44,317 nt of DNA, taken from positions 1 through 44,317 of IMG/VR virus record IMGVR_UViG_3300012940_000046; one strand, written 5' to 3'. Positions 9,061 through 17,466 of this stretch are shown piece after piece. A program made the translations under genes and the position numbers. Source of the stretch: a virus. Taxonomy: Duplodnaviria > Caudoviricetes. The first letter of the stretch is position 1. Every line of letters starts with the position of its first letter. The notes under the pieces were generated by a model. The model ran no database searches. It was not told the origin of the DNA and saw only the letters and a program-made list of their open reading frames with translations.

Positions 9061-9871
9061 CGGCGGCTCTTATGAATTCCGCCGCGACTTGCGGGACGAT
9101 GGCGTTTCCGAGGGCGCGGAGCTTAGCCACTCTAGCGGGTATCCCATGAGCCACGCGGGGAACGTCGGGTTCAGGGGGCCATTCATAAGGTGGCGAAGCT
9201 GTGGCGAGTGCCCGCGTCGGCCGTCGCTGTAATCCGCCCCCGACTTGTAGTCGTTCGCCCCCGGCGATGGCAGACGCCCCATCTTCGCTAAGCTCTCGAG
9301 CGAGTATCGCACCTTGCCCGTCCGCCCCGCCGCGCCGCCCTGATTGCTGCCGTAACTCTGAGCCGCTGGCGTCGGCCACAAACCACAGTCGTTCGCGTTC
9401 GTGCGGTGCCGCAACCGCGCAAGCTGGCAATACTGCCGCCCCGAAGGCGTAACCTTCGCCTTCCAAGTCATCGGCCACGGCGTCGAGCCATCCGTGCCCA
9501 ATCGCCCGTGCAACTTGTTCTCCAAAGACGATTGGAGGGCGGCACTCGCGAATGAGCCCGAACCACGTTGGCCAAAGGTGCCGATCGTCGGCGAAGCCTT
9601 TGCGCTTACCCGCTTGGCTAAACGGCTGGCACGGGCAACTGCCGGTCCAGACTTCTCTATCGTCAGCCCATCCCGCCAATCGCAGCGCGTATGCCCAGCC
9701 GCCGAGACCAGCGAAGAAATGGCATTGCGTATAACCGCGTAAGTCGCCGGGTCGCACGTCCCTGATGCTTCTATCGTCAACGTCGCCATCAGGAATCAGC
9801 CCTTCGCGTATGAGATTGCGCAGCCACTCGGCGCAGTAGGGGTCAATTTCGTTGAAGTATGCTCGCGCCAC
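9050..9871 (-). CDS. C5 cytosine DNA methyltransferase, alpha polypeptide
   Basis: FFAGLGG (I), GSCPCQPFS (IV), GEQV (VI), PHERERLW (VIII), LRALGNAIVPQ (X); GTG start. Confidence 0.9.
   Translation of the reverse strand: MARAYFNEIDPYCAEWLRNLIREGLIPDGDVDDRSIRDVRPGDLRGYTQCHFFAGLGGWAYALRLAGWADDREVWTGSCPCQPFSQAGKRKGFADDRHLWPTWFGLIRECRPPIVFGEQVARAIGHGWLDAVADDLEGEGYAFGAAVLPACAVAAPHERERLWFVADASGSELRQQSGRRGGADGQGAILARELSEDGASAIAGGERLQVGGGLQRRPTRALATASPPYEWPPEPDVPRVAHGIPARVAKLRALGNAIVPQVAAEFIRAADAA
9070..9789 (-). CDS. Nested alternative-frame ORF, putative methyltransferase beta polypeptide (start uncertain)
   Basis: LWPTP and GPLNPTFPAWLMGYP (motif IX-like), which the main frame lacks; EcoHK31I-type arrangement. 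Confidence 0.65.
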   Translation of the reverse strand: MATLTIEASGTCDPATYAVIRNAISSLVSAAGHTRCDWRDGLTIEKSGPAVARASRLAKRVSAKASPTIGTFGQRGSGSFASAALQSSLENKLHGRLGTDGSTPWPMTWKAKVTPSGRQYCQLARLRHRTNANDCGLWPTPAAQSYGSNQGGAAGRTGKVRYSLESLAKMGRLPSPGANDYKSGADYSDGRRGHSPQLRHLMNGPLNPTFPAWLMGYPLEWLSSAPSETPSSRKSRRNS

Positions 9872-9872
9872 G

Positions 9873-9989
9873 TCACAGCCCCGAAGCGCGCAACAGCACA
9901 TGCCCGACGCCCGCCACGCCGCAGATCGCCAGCGCCGCGACATAGCCTGCGAGCAACGTCATTGCTGTGAGTTCGAAAAAGCTACGCAT
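9873..9989 (-). CDS. Small membrane protein
   Basis: 38-aa hydrophobic ORF tiling between its neighbours. Confidence 0.5.
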   Translation of the reverse strand: MRSFFELTAMTLLAGYVAALAICGVAGVGHVLLRASGL

Positions 9990-10248
9990 GGCCGAAATTC
10001 TCCAAGGGCAATACGAACTGGCGGCGCTGAAAGGCGCGGTCGCGCGCAACTTCCGCATTCACTCTGCGCAACGCGGCGCTAGTCGTGTCGTGCCAATCGT
10101 CCCAAGCGTGTTCGTGCTTCGACTTAAGCGCTGCGGCATTCATCCGCCGTAAGCTGTCACGCAGCGAATACAGCTCGCCGGGCAACAGATCGCGAAGCGC
10201 TACGCCTTCGCAGAGTTCGGCCAGCAATTCATCTACGGCGTCCTGCAT
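9982..10248 (-). CDS. Hypothetical protein
   Basis: 88-aa ORF, GAGAG upstream, in operon. Confidence 0.65.
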   Translation of the reverse strand: MQDAVDELLAELCEGVALRDLLPGELYSLRDSLRRMNAAALKSKHEHAWDDWHDTTSAALRRVNAEVARDRAFQRRQFVLPLENFGHA

Positions 10249-10264
10249 CTGCGAATGCTCTCAC

Positions 10265-10305
10265 AAAGAAAAAGCCCGCCCAAAACGCGAAGTCTTAGGC
10301 GGGCT
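10265..10305 (-). terminator. Rho-independent terminator after the SSB gene
   Basis: GCCCGCC...GGCGGGC stem followed by TTTTTCTTT on the minus strand. Confidence 0.75.
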
Positions 10306-10338
10306 CAAGCGGCCGGGCGCTGATGTCCCGACTGCCGC

Positions 10339-10959
10339 TTACCACTCCGCAGAAGCGCCCGCGGAACCGTTCGGCATCTTCGCAGGGCCAGAGCCGGCCG
10401 GCGCCGCGGCTTCGAAGCCATCCGAGGCATTGCCGCCACCGCCGAGCTTTTCGTCATCCGCGAAGAACTGCGCACCCTGAAGGCCGAAGCTCACGCCCCA
10501 GTTGCCATTCTTGTCGAAGGCATAGGCGCGAACCTTCACGCGAGCCCAGCAGCCGGAATAGAACTTATCGACGGGCGCCTTGCTCATGTCGATGTTGAAC
10601 AGATCGACAGGGTTCACGGTTGCGCAGTTGAAATAAAAGCCGTCGTCGCCGAAGCCTTCATAGTCGCCGGCCTCAGACTGCTTTTTGAGCGGCGTCGTGC
10701 GTGGCTTGTCGCGGTTCTTAAACGAGCGCTCGCCCCAAGCGGTGCGGGCGGCGTTCATCAGCGGGTTGATATCGGAAGCCGCCGGCAGGATCACAGCGCA
10801 GTCATAGCGCGGCTTGCTGTCAGAGCCTTCCTGTTTGCGTGGCTCTTTGAAGTGCACGAACGAAAGCCGAGCAACGCACGTGATCACCGTCTTGCCGTCG
10901 TCGCCGTGAGCGACGGTCGGGTATTTCTTGAGCAGCTCAGCGAGCTGTTTGCTATCCAT
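10339..10959 (-). CDS. Single-stranded DNA-binding protein (DUF2815/gp2.5-like)
   Basis: ARLSFVHF, FYSGCWARV and GNWGVSFGLQGAQFFADDEKLGG; typical position between DUF2800 and PolA. Confidence 0.88.
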   Translation of the reverse strand: MDSKQLAELLKKYPTVAHGDDGKTVITCVARLSFVHFKEPRKQEGSDSKPRYDCAVILPAASDINPLMNAARTAWGERSFKNRDKPRTTPLKKQSEAGDYEGFGDDGFYFNCATVNPVDLFNIDMSKAPVDKFYSGCWARVKVRAYAFDKNGNWGVSFGLQGAQFFADDEKLGGGGNASDGFEAAAPAGSGPAKMPNGSAGASAEW

Positions 10960-10976
10960 AGTCAAGTCTCCGGGGT

Positions 10977-12209
10977 TTAGGGGAGGGTGCTAGCAGCCTC
11001 GAAACCTGCAGCGGCTTTCGAGTATTCAACCGCCGGCCGCTTGTCGTCTTCAGAGACAAGGGAAAAGCCGCCTTCGGTTTTCGTTACAAGGTCAGCGAGC
11101 TTTGCAAACTCTGCCTTGCCAAGTTCCTTTTCGAGCGCCGGGGGCGTCTTCAGCTTTTCTTCAAACGCCTTCGCCCCGGTCTTCGCGAACACGCGCTCCG
11201 CAATCGCTTCCGGCGCCATGTCAGAACGCCATGCGCGCCGCCCTGGCGTCGCAACCCATTTGCGCCCGACAGGCACGCGGCCGGCGCGGGCTTCGCTGTC
11301 GGCCAGCTCGTCTAGCAGTTTGATGTAAAGGCGGATTGGCTCTGCTTCTTTGAGCATGGCGCCAAGCTGTGTGGGACTAAGAGTATCGCTCGCCGCCCCT
11401 TTGGTATCGAAGGGGAACTGAATTGCTTCGAAACCTGCAGCCGCCTTGTCGCGCGCGTGGCCGCGGAATGCCTCGCACTGGCCAGCCATCGCGACCTTGC
11501 AGAAGCGGCAGTGCGAACCGACAACATAGGGCTGATCGTCGCGAAGCGAGCGCGCATAATCAGCCTTCAGCGCCTCGCCTTCGTCAAACAAATCAGCGGC
11601 GGCAATAGACCACTTCTTATGTTTCTCGCCGGGCGAACGCGGCTGCGCAATCCAGATCGTAATCTTTTCGACGCCGCGCTTGCGATAGATGCTCAGTGCG
11701 CCGAGCGAATACTGTATCGCTTGCGTGTTGCCTTCCACGGCCACTTCGATAAAGCCGAACTTGTTGTCGATGACGTGAAGGTGCCGCGTCTTCGGCTTAT
11801 AGATGATCACGTCGGCCGTGCCGTTGCCGGCGTCCGTCCCGCCGAAGTAGCGCGACAGATTAAGCCGCGTCTCAAGCATCACTTCGTCACCGGCTTCATA
11901 GACCTTCGCAAAGAGCGCGAGCGCGATATTGACTTGCTCCGCAGCTTCCATCGTCAGCGGCGGCGAGCTTTCATTCGTCTCGAGCACCGTCCCGACATAC
12001 GGCGTCGCGTCGAATTCCATTTGTGTCAGCAGATATTCCGCCCATTCGTGTTTCCACGTTCCGTCCTTAGCGGCGGCACTTTCCGGCGGCTCTGGCAGCG
12101 CGGCGCCGCGTGCGATCGACGGCACGCACTTGCGCCAGCGGCTAGAGGCCGATGGGCCTAGCGGATAATGGGCGCGTTCGGCGTGGCCGATGTTTGCGGG
12201 GGCGTTCAT
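10977..12209 (-). CDS. DUF2800 Cas4-like PD-(D/E)XK exonuclease
   Basis: LGPSASSRWRKC, GTAD, IDNKFG, NTQ, QPR and GSHCRFC. Confidence 0.88.
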   Translation of the reverse strand: MNAPANIGHAERAHYPLGPSASSRWRKCVPSIARGAALPEPPESAAAKDGTWKHEWAEYLLTQMEFDATPYVGTVLETNESSPPLTMEAAEQVNIALALFAKVYEAGDEVMLETRLNLSRYFGGTDAGNGTADVIIYKPKTRHLHVIDNKFGFIEVAVEGNTQAIQYSLGALSIYRKRGVEKITIWIAQPRSPGEKHKKWSIAAADLFDEGEALKADYARSLRDDQPYVVGSHCRFCKVAMAGQCEAFRGHARDKAAAGFEAIQFPFDTKGAASDTLSPTQLGAMLKEAEPIRLYIKLLDELADSEARAGRVPVGRKWVATPGRRAWRSDMAPEAIAERVFAKTGAKAFEEKLKTPPALEKELGKAEFAKLADLVTKTEGGFSLVSEDDKRPAVEYSKAAAGFEAASTLP

Positions 12210-12370
12210 CAGACAGCCCCGCCGCGCTCTGCAACTTCGTTTAGCAACCAAGCCGCGTTCTGCCGCCACACATCGCGATACCACTCGGGCGCCAACTCCC
12301 AAGCGTTCGGTGACTTCGTGATATGCGCCATTCGGCACAGCATCGCCGCGATATCATCAAGGGTAAGCAT
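12209..12370 (-). CDS. Hypothetical protein, 53 aa (MLTLDDIAAM...)
   Basis: Tiles the gap, with a TGATG overlap into DUF2800. Confidence 0.6.
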   Translation of the reverse strand: MLTLDDIAAMLCRMAHITKSPNAWELAPEWYRDVWRQNAAWLLNEVAERGGAV

Positions 12371-12574
12371 TTACGTCCTCGCCATCATTCCCGCGCGCTG
12401 GCACTTCCAACGCGCAATTCGCCATCCCGGATTATTCGCCGACCACTTCGCAAGCTCGATCTGCGCACCCTGCAAGCACTGAAAGGGCGTGACGTTCGCA
12501 GCGGTCGCAATCGCTTCGTCGCGGCATGTGCTCGGGGAAGCGGCGAGACAGATAAGGGCGATGAGTTGGATCAT
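12371..12574 (-). CDS. Small exported Cys-containing protein
   Basis: MIQLIALICLAASPSTC...QC...WKC; ATGA overlap. Confidence 0.65.
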   Translation of the reverse strand: MIQLIALICLAASPSTCRDEAIATAANVTPFQCLQGAQIELAKWSANNPGWRIARWKCQRAGMMART

Positions 12575-12735
12575 TTGCCGAACATCCACACCGCCAAACC
12601 GATCACGATTGCGAAAGGCGCGACAACCGCTGCAGCCAGTAGCAGAAACGACCATGCGACTATCGCGAGCGCGCCGAACATCACTAAGATGACGCGCAAG
12701 TTAGAAGGGCCTTCGGGGCTCGGATCGTTGCTCAC
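12571..12735 (-). CDS. Small membrane protein
   Basis: GTGA overlap; long hydrophobic segment. Confidence 0.6.
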   Translation of the reverse strand: MSNDPSPEGPSNLRVILVMFGALAIVAWSFLLLAAAVVAPFAIVIGLAVWMFGK

Positions 12736-13571
12736 GCCGACACCCCGAGCTTGCCCTGCAGGGCGATCAGAGCGTCGCGCACCGGCACCCAAAGCTCTGG
12801 CTTATCCATGCACGCATTGAGCCGCGGCAGGCCGAAGCGCCCGAGAACTTCAAGCACGTGCGGCTCGCTGTCTTCGTGCATCAGCAGCGGCGCAAAGGCC
12901 GTCTTTACATCGTCATAACTGACGTTGCCCGGTGTGCTTGTGGCCGCCGACTTCAGAGCCGGTGCCGCGGCCATAGGATTGAATGGGTCAAACGGATCGA
13001 CTTCCGCTGCGGGAGCTGCCGGCGCCGGGGCGCTTGTCACGACAGGGCCGCCGAAACCTCCGGCGCTGGGTAGCGGTGCAACCGCACCAGCTTCGCGAGC
13101 TGCCGCCATTTCAGCCTTCGTGCGGCGCTTGCGCTTCGGCGGCGCGGCGGATGTTTGCGGCTCCGGCGAAGCGAGTGCGTCACCCGCCGGAGCCTCTTGC
13201 GCTACTTCATCTGAGCTTTCCTCCGATGCAGTTGCGGGATTGGTTGCGACAACGGCGCCTAGCCCTTCGGCGAGGCTCGCGACCGTATCGCGCGAGAACA
13301 CAGAGCCTTCGAGCGAAACAACGCGCGGAGCGCCCCCGCTGCCACCACGGCCGATAATAGGCGCCGGCTGCTCCGGCGAGGGCGGCGAAGCAGCCGGCGG
13401 CGCGATCACATTCGCGCTTTCACGAGGCATCATGCCTCGCGTTTCAGGCGCCGCGGGGGGTGAGGCGGGGCCGGAAAAGAAACGGTCAAGGAACGCTTTC
13501 AACTCTGGTGCGAACGCTGCAAAGCGCTCTGCATCTTCGAACGTGTGCGAAATGTTGATTTCGATCTTCAT
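12732..13571 (-). CDS. Pro/Ala-rich hypothetical protein heading the DUF2800-DUF2815-PolA module
   Basis: Low-complexity linker, KRKRRTKAEM motif, small C-terminal helical domain. Confidence 0.75.
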   Translation of the reverse strand: MKIEINISHTFEDAERFAAFAPELKAFLDRFFSGPASPPAAPETRGMMPRESANVIAPPAASPPSPEQPAPIIGRGGSGGAPRVVSLEGSVFSRDTVASLAEGLGAVVATNPATASEESSDEVAQEAPAGDALASPEPQTSAAPPKRKRRTKAEMAAAREAGAVAPLPSAGGFGGPVVTSAPAPAAPAAEVDPFDPFNPMAAAPALKSAATSTPGNVSYDDVKTAFAPLLMHEDSEPHVLEVLGRFGLPRLNACMDKPELWVPVRDALIALQGKLGVSA

Positions 13572-13683
13572 TGAAAGGCGTTCCGGGTTGCAGAGACCTT
13601 AGCGGCGGTCAGGTGTCTGCGGTTGCGGCGCCCTTGTTCCCGCGCGCCTCGATGCAGACAAAATATAAGGAAAACAGTTGATA

Positions 13684-13716
13684 GCAAATTAAAGCGCACA
13701 CAATTTCTATGCGCAA
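13684..13716 (-). promoter_or_regulatory. Promoter TTGCGC-N17-TTTAAT with operator GCACACAATTTCTATGC (13696-13712) overlapping the -35 and spacer
   Basis: Seen in the AT-rich gap after the helicase gene. Confidence 0.7.
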
Positions 13717-14982
13717 TCACACAAGCCGCGAAATATCTTCGGATTTGCGATGCAACGCCGCCGTGATGCGCTCGTCTAGCGAAGCCTTCAGCGCCACATA
13801 CGAGGCGACGACAGGCGACGCCTGGCCTTTGCGCCACGCGCGGGCGATTGCTTGCTCGTTATTGTGCGGGGTCCAAGACGGTTCGGCGATCAGCACGCGA
13901 TTCGCCTTTGTGAGCGTCAAGCCTTCGCTCGCTGCAGCCATTTGGCAGACAAGCACGCGTGCGCCGCCGTCTTCCTGGAATTCCTTATATAGCCGCTCAC
14001 GCGTTTTCGGCGGCGTCCGGCCGTCATAGATTGGGGCGTCATCAAGCAGCGCCGATATGCGATCGATCACGCTCGAGTGCTGACAGAAGATCAGCAGCTT
14101 TTTATACCCAGCTTCGAGTTCGCTTGCGGCCAGCTCCGCCACACCGTCCGCTTTAGCTAAGCCGACAAGCCGCCGCACCGTTGCGACGGCCGGAATATCG
14201 GCTAGCGCCCAATCGCCCGTTTCAATTGCACGTTCAACACACGCCAAATCCTCCGGCGCTAGCGCCGCATAAGGATCGACGCCTTTTGCCGCTTCGACGT
14301 ATGCCTTATCGACCGTCAACGGCGAGCGGCCTTCGACAACCGTGCGCCGTAGATAAAACGGCGCGAGCAGCCCCTTTAGCTCTTCGTGATTCTTCGAGCC
14401 GATAATCGAAATGCCAAAGGCGTTCTCGCTTAGGATGCAGAAGCGATCGACGAATTGCGTCCAGCTCCCCGAGAACGCCCCGCAACACTTCGCGAAGACG
14501 TAAAGCTCGCCGGCATTGTTTGGGGCCGGCGTGCCCGTCATGAGCCAAGTCCGTTCACTGACATTGATCAGTCCAGCCTTGCGCATGACGGCCTTCGAGC
14601 GCGCCGAGTCGCGCGACTTCAGCGCGTGCGCTTCGTCACACGCGAGCACATCAACCTTACGCTTCAGCAGGCGCTTGAGGACTTCCGGCCGCGAGGCCAG
14701 GGCGTAGGTGGCGAACAAGATGCCGTCTGGCGGTATCTCCCCTTTGCCCGAGCGCAAGACGTGCGTCTTGTGCCCAAGCAATGACCACTTCTCAAACTCC
14801 GCGGCGAAGTTCACAGCGAGCGTTTGGTTTGGAACGAGAATAGTTGCAGATCGCACGCCGAGTATGTCGCATGCCCGCACAACCTGAGCCGTCTTGCCGA
14901 GCCCCGGCACGTCGGCGAGCATTGCGATACGCGATTTCGATAGGAAGCGCGCGCCTTCGACTTGGGCCCGTGTCAAATTCAT
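13717..14982 (-). CDS. SNF2-family DEAH helicase
   Basis: DVPGLGKT, DEAH, MTGTPAPN, EGLTLT and QAIARAWRKGQ. Confidence 0.92.
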   Translation of the reverse strand: MNLTRAQVEGARFLSKSRIAMLADVPGLGKTAQVVRACDILGVRSATILVPNQTLAVNFAAEFEKWSLLGHKTHVLRSGKGEIPPDGILFATYALASRPEVLKRLLKRKVDVLACDEAHALKSRDSARSKAVMRKAGLINVSERTWLMTGTPAPNNAGELYVFAKCCGAFSGSWTQFVDRFCILSENAFGISIIGSKNHEELKGLLAPFYLRRTVVEGRSPLTVDKAYVEAAKGVDPYAALAPEDLACVERAIETGDWALADIPAVATVRRLVGLAKADGVAELAASELEAGYKKLLIFCQHSSVIDRISALLDDAPIYDGRTPPKTRERLYKEFQEDGGARVLVCQMAAASEGLTLTKANRVLIAEPSWTPHNNEQAIARAWRKGQASPVVASYVALKASLDERITAALHRKSEDISRLV

Positions 14983-15467
14983 GGGGCGGGTGCGCTTAGT
15001 TGCCGATAAGCGTAAAGTGCAAGCAGGGCTGATTCGGCACGTCCGTCATCACATTTGCGCGTCCAGAAGTGCCGGCCCGCGGGGATCAAGTTGCTAGCGA
15101 GTGCACGTGAGGCGTCTTTGCCGCCCTTCAGGCGGAAGGCGCCTTTCCACGTTGCCGGGGGAACATCGAGAATGGGAATGCGATTGCCGATCACAGCCAT
15201 TTCGACGTACCCGGCGCTTTTACCGAATATCGCGGAAGCGCTTGCCGACTGCCCCATAACACCGCCAACGTCTTCCACAGCGGCGAGATTTACCCCCGCG
15301 CCGGCAATTTTTGCCACGAGATCAAAGAGGGTGGCCCGGTCTATGCGTCTTTTTTCGCTTTTGCCCTTCTTAAGAATTAGAAAAGGCATATCAAAGCACC
15401 GGACGTTCTGCCCGTCGTAGACGGCTAGGGCTCCGGTAACGCCGGGGTCAATGCCAAGAGTTATCAT
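14979..15467 (-). CDS. RuvC-like Holliday junction resolvase
   Basis: MITLGIDPGVTGALA, VEDV, PATWK and DGRAES. Confidence 0.88.
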   Translation of the reverse strand: MITLGIDPGVTGALAVYDGQNVRCFDMPFLILKKGKSEKRRIDRATLFDLVAKIAGAGVNLAAVEDVGGVMGQSASASAIFGKSAGYVEMAVIGNRIPILDVPPATWKGAFRLKGGKDASRALASNLIPAGRHFWTRKCDDGRAESALLALYAYRQLSAPAP

Positions 15468-15489
15468 GCAATTTAAGATATCGAGACAT

Positions 15490-16173
15490 ATGCCCCGCCG
15501 CAAAAAGCAGTCTGGTCCCGTGAGCCCTACCGAGCGCGAAGGGGACTCAGAGCCGTTTCTTGATCCGAATTGGTTCAAGCAGCGGGCGAAGGATCGCGGG
15601 CTATCAATCCGCGAGCTGTCTCGGCTCACTATGGCCGGCGAGGCGGACCCGAAGGACGCGCTGGGGCGCGCACTGAAGCAGACACGCGACGCGCCGGGGC
15701 CGCGCAAGCTTCGCCCGACCGAACTTGCGAAGTTGGCCGTCGTGCTAGACGTGCCGCTTCAAGAGCTTTTCGACCGCGGGCTAAATATCCCGGTGCCGTC
15801 AACAACGTGCCCACTACTCGGGCGCGTCAACCAATATGCAGTTGTCCAGCGCTACCCGAGCGAGGCGACGCATCGGGTGCCGGCGCCGTTCGATCGCGCG
15901 GCGAGCTATGTCGCCGTTGAAGTTGATGCTGCAAGTACGCCGCTGGGGAGCTGGCACGGGGCGCAGCTCTTCTTTATTCCCGCAACCGGTATCCGCGAAG
16001 ACGCTATCGGGCGCCTGGCCTTTATCGAGCTGATTGACCACGCGGCGCCTGTCATCGGATATGCGGACACGCGCAAGGGGCCGGGCACCGTGTTGCTTTT
16101 CGGGGGCGCGGGCCGCCGTGACGGCGTTGAGCTCAAGAGCGCGAGCCCGATACTTTGGATGCACCTGACATAA
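15490..16173 (+). CDS. CI-like repressor (XRE HTH plus degenerate S24-like domain)
   Basis: WFKQRAKDRGLSIRELSR...ELAKLAVVLDV HTH; divergent from the early operon. Confidence 0.75.
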   Translation: MPRRKKQSGPVSPTEREGDSEPFLDPNWFKQRAKDRGLSIRELSRLTMAGEADPKDALGRALKQTRDAPGPRKLRPTELAKLAVVLDVPLQELFDRGLNIPVPSTTCPLLGRVNQYAVVQRYPSEATHRVPAPFDRAASYVAVEVDAASTPLGSWHGAQLFFIPATGIREDAIGRLAFIELIDHAAPVIGYADTRKGPGTVLLFGGAGRRDGVELKSASPILWMHLT

Positions 16174-16205
16174 AAAGGCTCCGGTGTAGGAGAAACACCG
16201 GAGCC
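16172..16205 (-). terminator. Terminator hairpin (11-bp stem; T-tract on the minus strand)
   Basis: GGCTCCGGTGT...ACACCGGAGCC preceded by AAAAA on the plus strand. Confidence 0.75.
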
Positions 16206-16578
16206 CGAACGCGACAAGGAAACGCAAGAGGTACTGAAACGCGAAACACTGGCAATGGTCCCGAACCCGCGTTCCGCGAAACACAAGATAGGCGTTTCAG
16301 TGGAACGCTCAAAATCGTGTTTCCGAAACACGGCGCCCGCGTTTCAGAAACAGTTTCGCGCGCTGCGGTGTAGCCCGCTAAGTTAAGCGACAATCCGCCG
16401 GCCGCCGCTGGATAGCGTGGATTCCCGCTCGGGCACACAGACGAAATTGAGCCGCCAACATAAGAGATAATGTCGCGAGCGGGAACACGCCGCGCCGCCG
16501 TTACGGTAACGCCCGCGGGGCTCCGCTGCGAAACACGAGCGGCGTGTTGCGCTTCAGGCTGTTGCGTTGCGCTGAAAC
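16192..16578. repeat. GAAAC/GTTTC pentamer array
   Basis: 11 copies in 16192-16357, plus copies at 16530 and 16574, in both orientations. Confidence 0.75.
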
Positions 16579-16588
16579 ACGGCGCGCG

Positions 16589-16888
16589 TTACGCGATGCG
16601 ATACACGTTGTCGAAGCCGGACAGGTAGTGCCCCGAGCTGAACTTGAGCCCGAGCACCGTTCCGGCCAGGTCGCCGCCCTCAATGACACGGGCGCAATAA
16701 GGCTCGGCGAGCTTGGCCGCCTTGGCGTATGCGGCTCTAGGAGAGCGGCCAGTCTCGAGCGCGGCTCGGGCGGCGTCGCCGGCCCGCAGAAGCCCGCGCG
16801 CATCGGCCAGCAGTTCGTCTACGGTGCGGTAGTAGCTCCGATCTTCTCGGGCTAGAGCGACGCAAAGCTTACAGAGGCGGTCATTCAT
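16589..16888 (-). CDS. Hypothetical protein
   Basis: ORF MNDRLCKLC... downstream of operator copy 16935. Confidence 0.65.
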   Translation of the reverse strand: MNDRLCKLCVALAREDRSYYRTVDELLADARGLLRAGDAARAALETGRSPRAAYAKAAKLAEPYCARVIEGGDLAGTVLGLKFSSGHYLSGFDNVYRIA

Positions 16889-16934
16889 AGCCGCATATAT
16901 TTTATGGCGAGCTGACAAGGCGTCACCCCCAAGC

Positions 16935-16951
16935 GCATCTAATTTATATGC
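16935..16951. promoter_or_regulatory. Operator copy GCATCTAATTTATATGC
   Basis: Matches the consensus. Confidence 0.75.
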
Positions 16952-17124
16952 GCACAATATCTATTCGGCAACGGATGTAAAACAGAGACTCAAGCCCCGC
17001 CATGATCGGGCATTGAGGCGTCACGGAACAGCCACAATTTCCCGATCACGCACAGCTTACGCCCGTCTGTGCACAGGAAATGTACCTAGTTCAATTTGAA
17101 CATTTCAACTTTTAGCTAAGTTTA

Positions 17125-17305
17125 GGACAGCGTGACAAAAACGGACAAAGTGCGACAAGTCCCGTTTTGTCACGCCGGACAAGCGGGACAAACTGCGTGA
17201 CAAGCATAGGGCACACCCCCTTTAGGGGGTGCCCGTTTTGTCACGCTTGTCCCAAGTCCCCGCAACGGTCGCGGTCCAGATAAAATTTGAAAAGGGCGTG
17301 TCACG
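17125..17305. other. Putative replication origin (GACAA/TTGTC iterons plus palindrome)
   Basis: About 10 GACA(A) copies in both orientations; CCCGTTTTGTCACGC at 17161 and 17232; GGGCACACCCCCTTTAGGGGGTGCCC hairpin; AT-rich flank. Confidence 0.7.
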
Positions 17306-17408
17306 CACGGACTTAACATTTCAACTATTGGCGAAGCGAGCCCTGGCCGATTTAATTTCGGCGCCCCGGATGGTTGAAAACGGCCGCAGAGTTTTTGGAT
17401 GCGCCCGC

Positions 17409-17445
17409 TTGCACACCGTTCGGATTTCGCATATAAATTCGTTGC
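17409..17445 (+). promoter_or_regulatory. Promoter TTGCAC-N17-TATAAA overlapped by operator GCATATAAATTCGTTGC (17429-17445)
   Basis: Directly upstream of the GapR-like gene. Confidence 0.7.
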
Positions 17446-17466
17446 GATGGTCCAAGAGGTTTGCGA

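Noticed and set aside
10977-12209. CRISPR-associated cas4
   Set aside because: It is the DUF2800 replication-module nuclease; no array or other cas genes are present.
16192-16578. CRISPR mini-array or hammerhead ribozyme suggested by GAAAC
   Set aside because: Repeats are only 5-7 nt with irregular spacing, there are no spacers of constant length, and no CTGATGA core is present.
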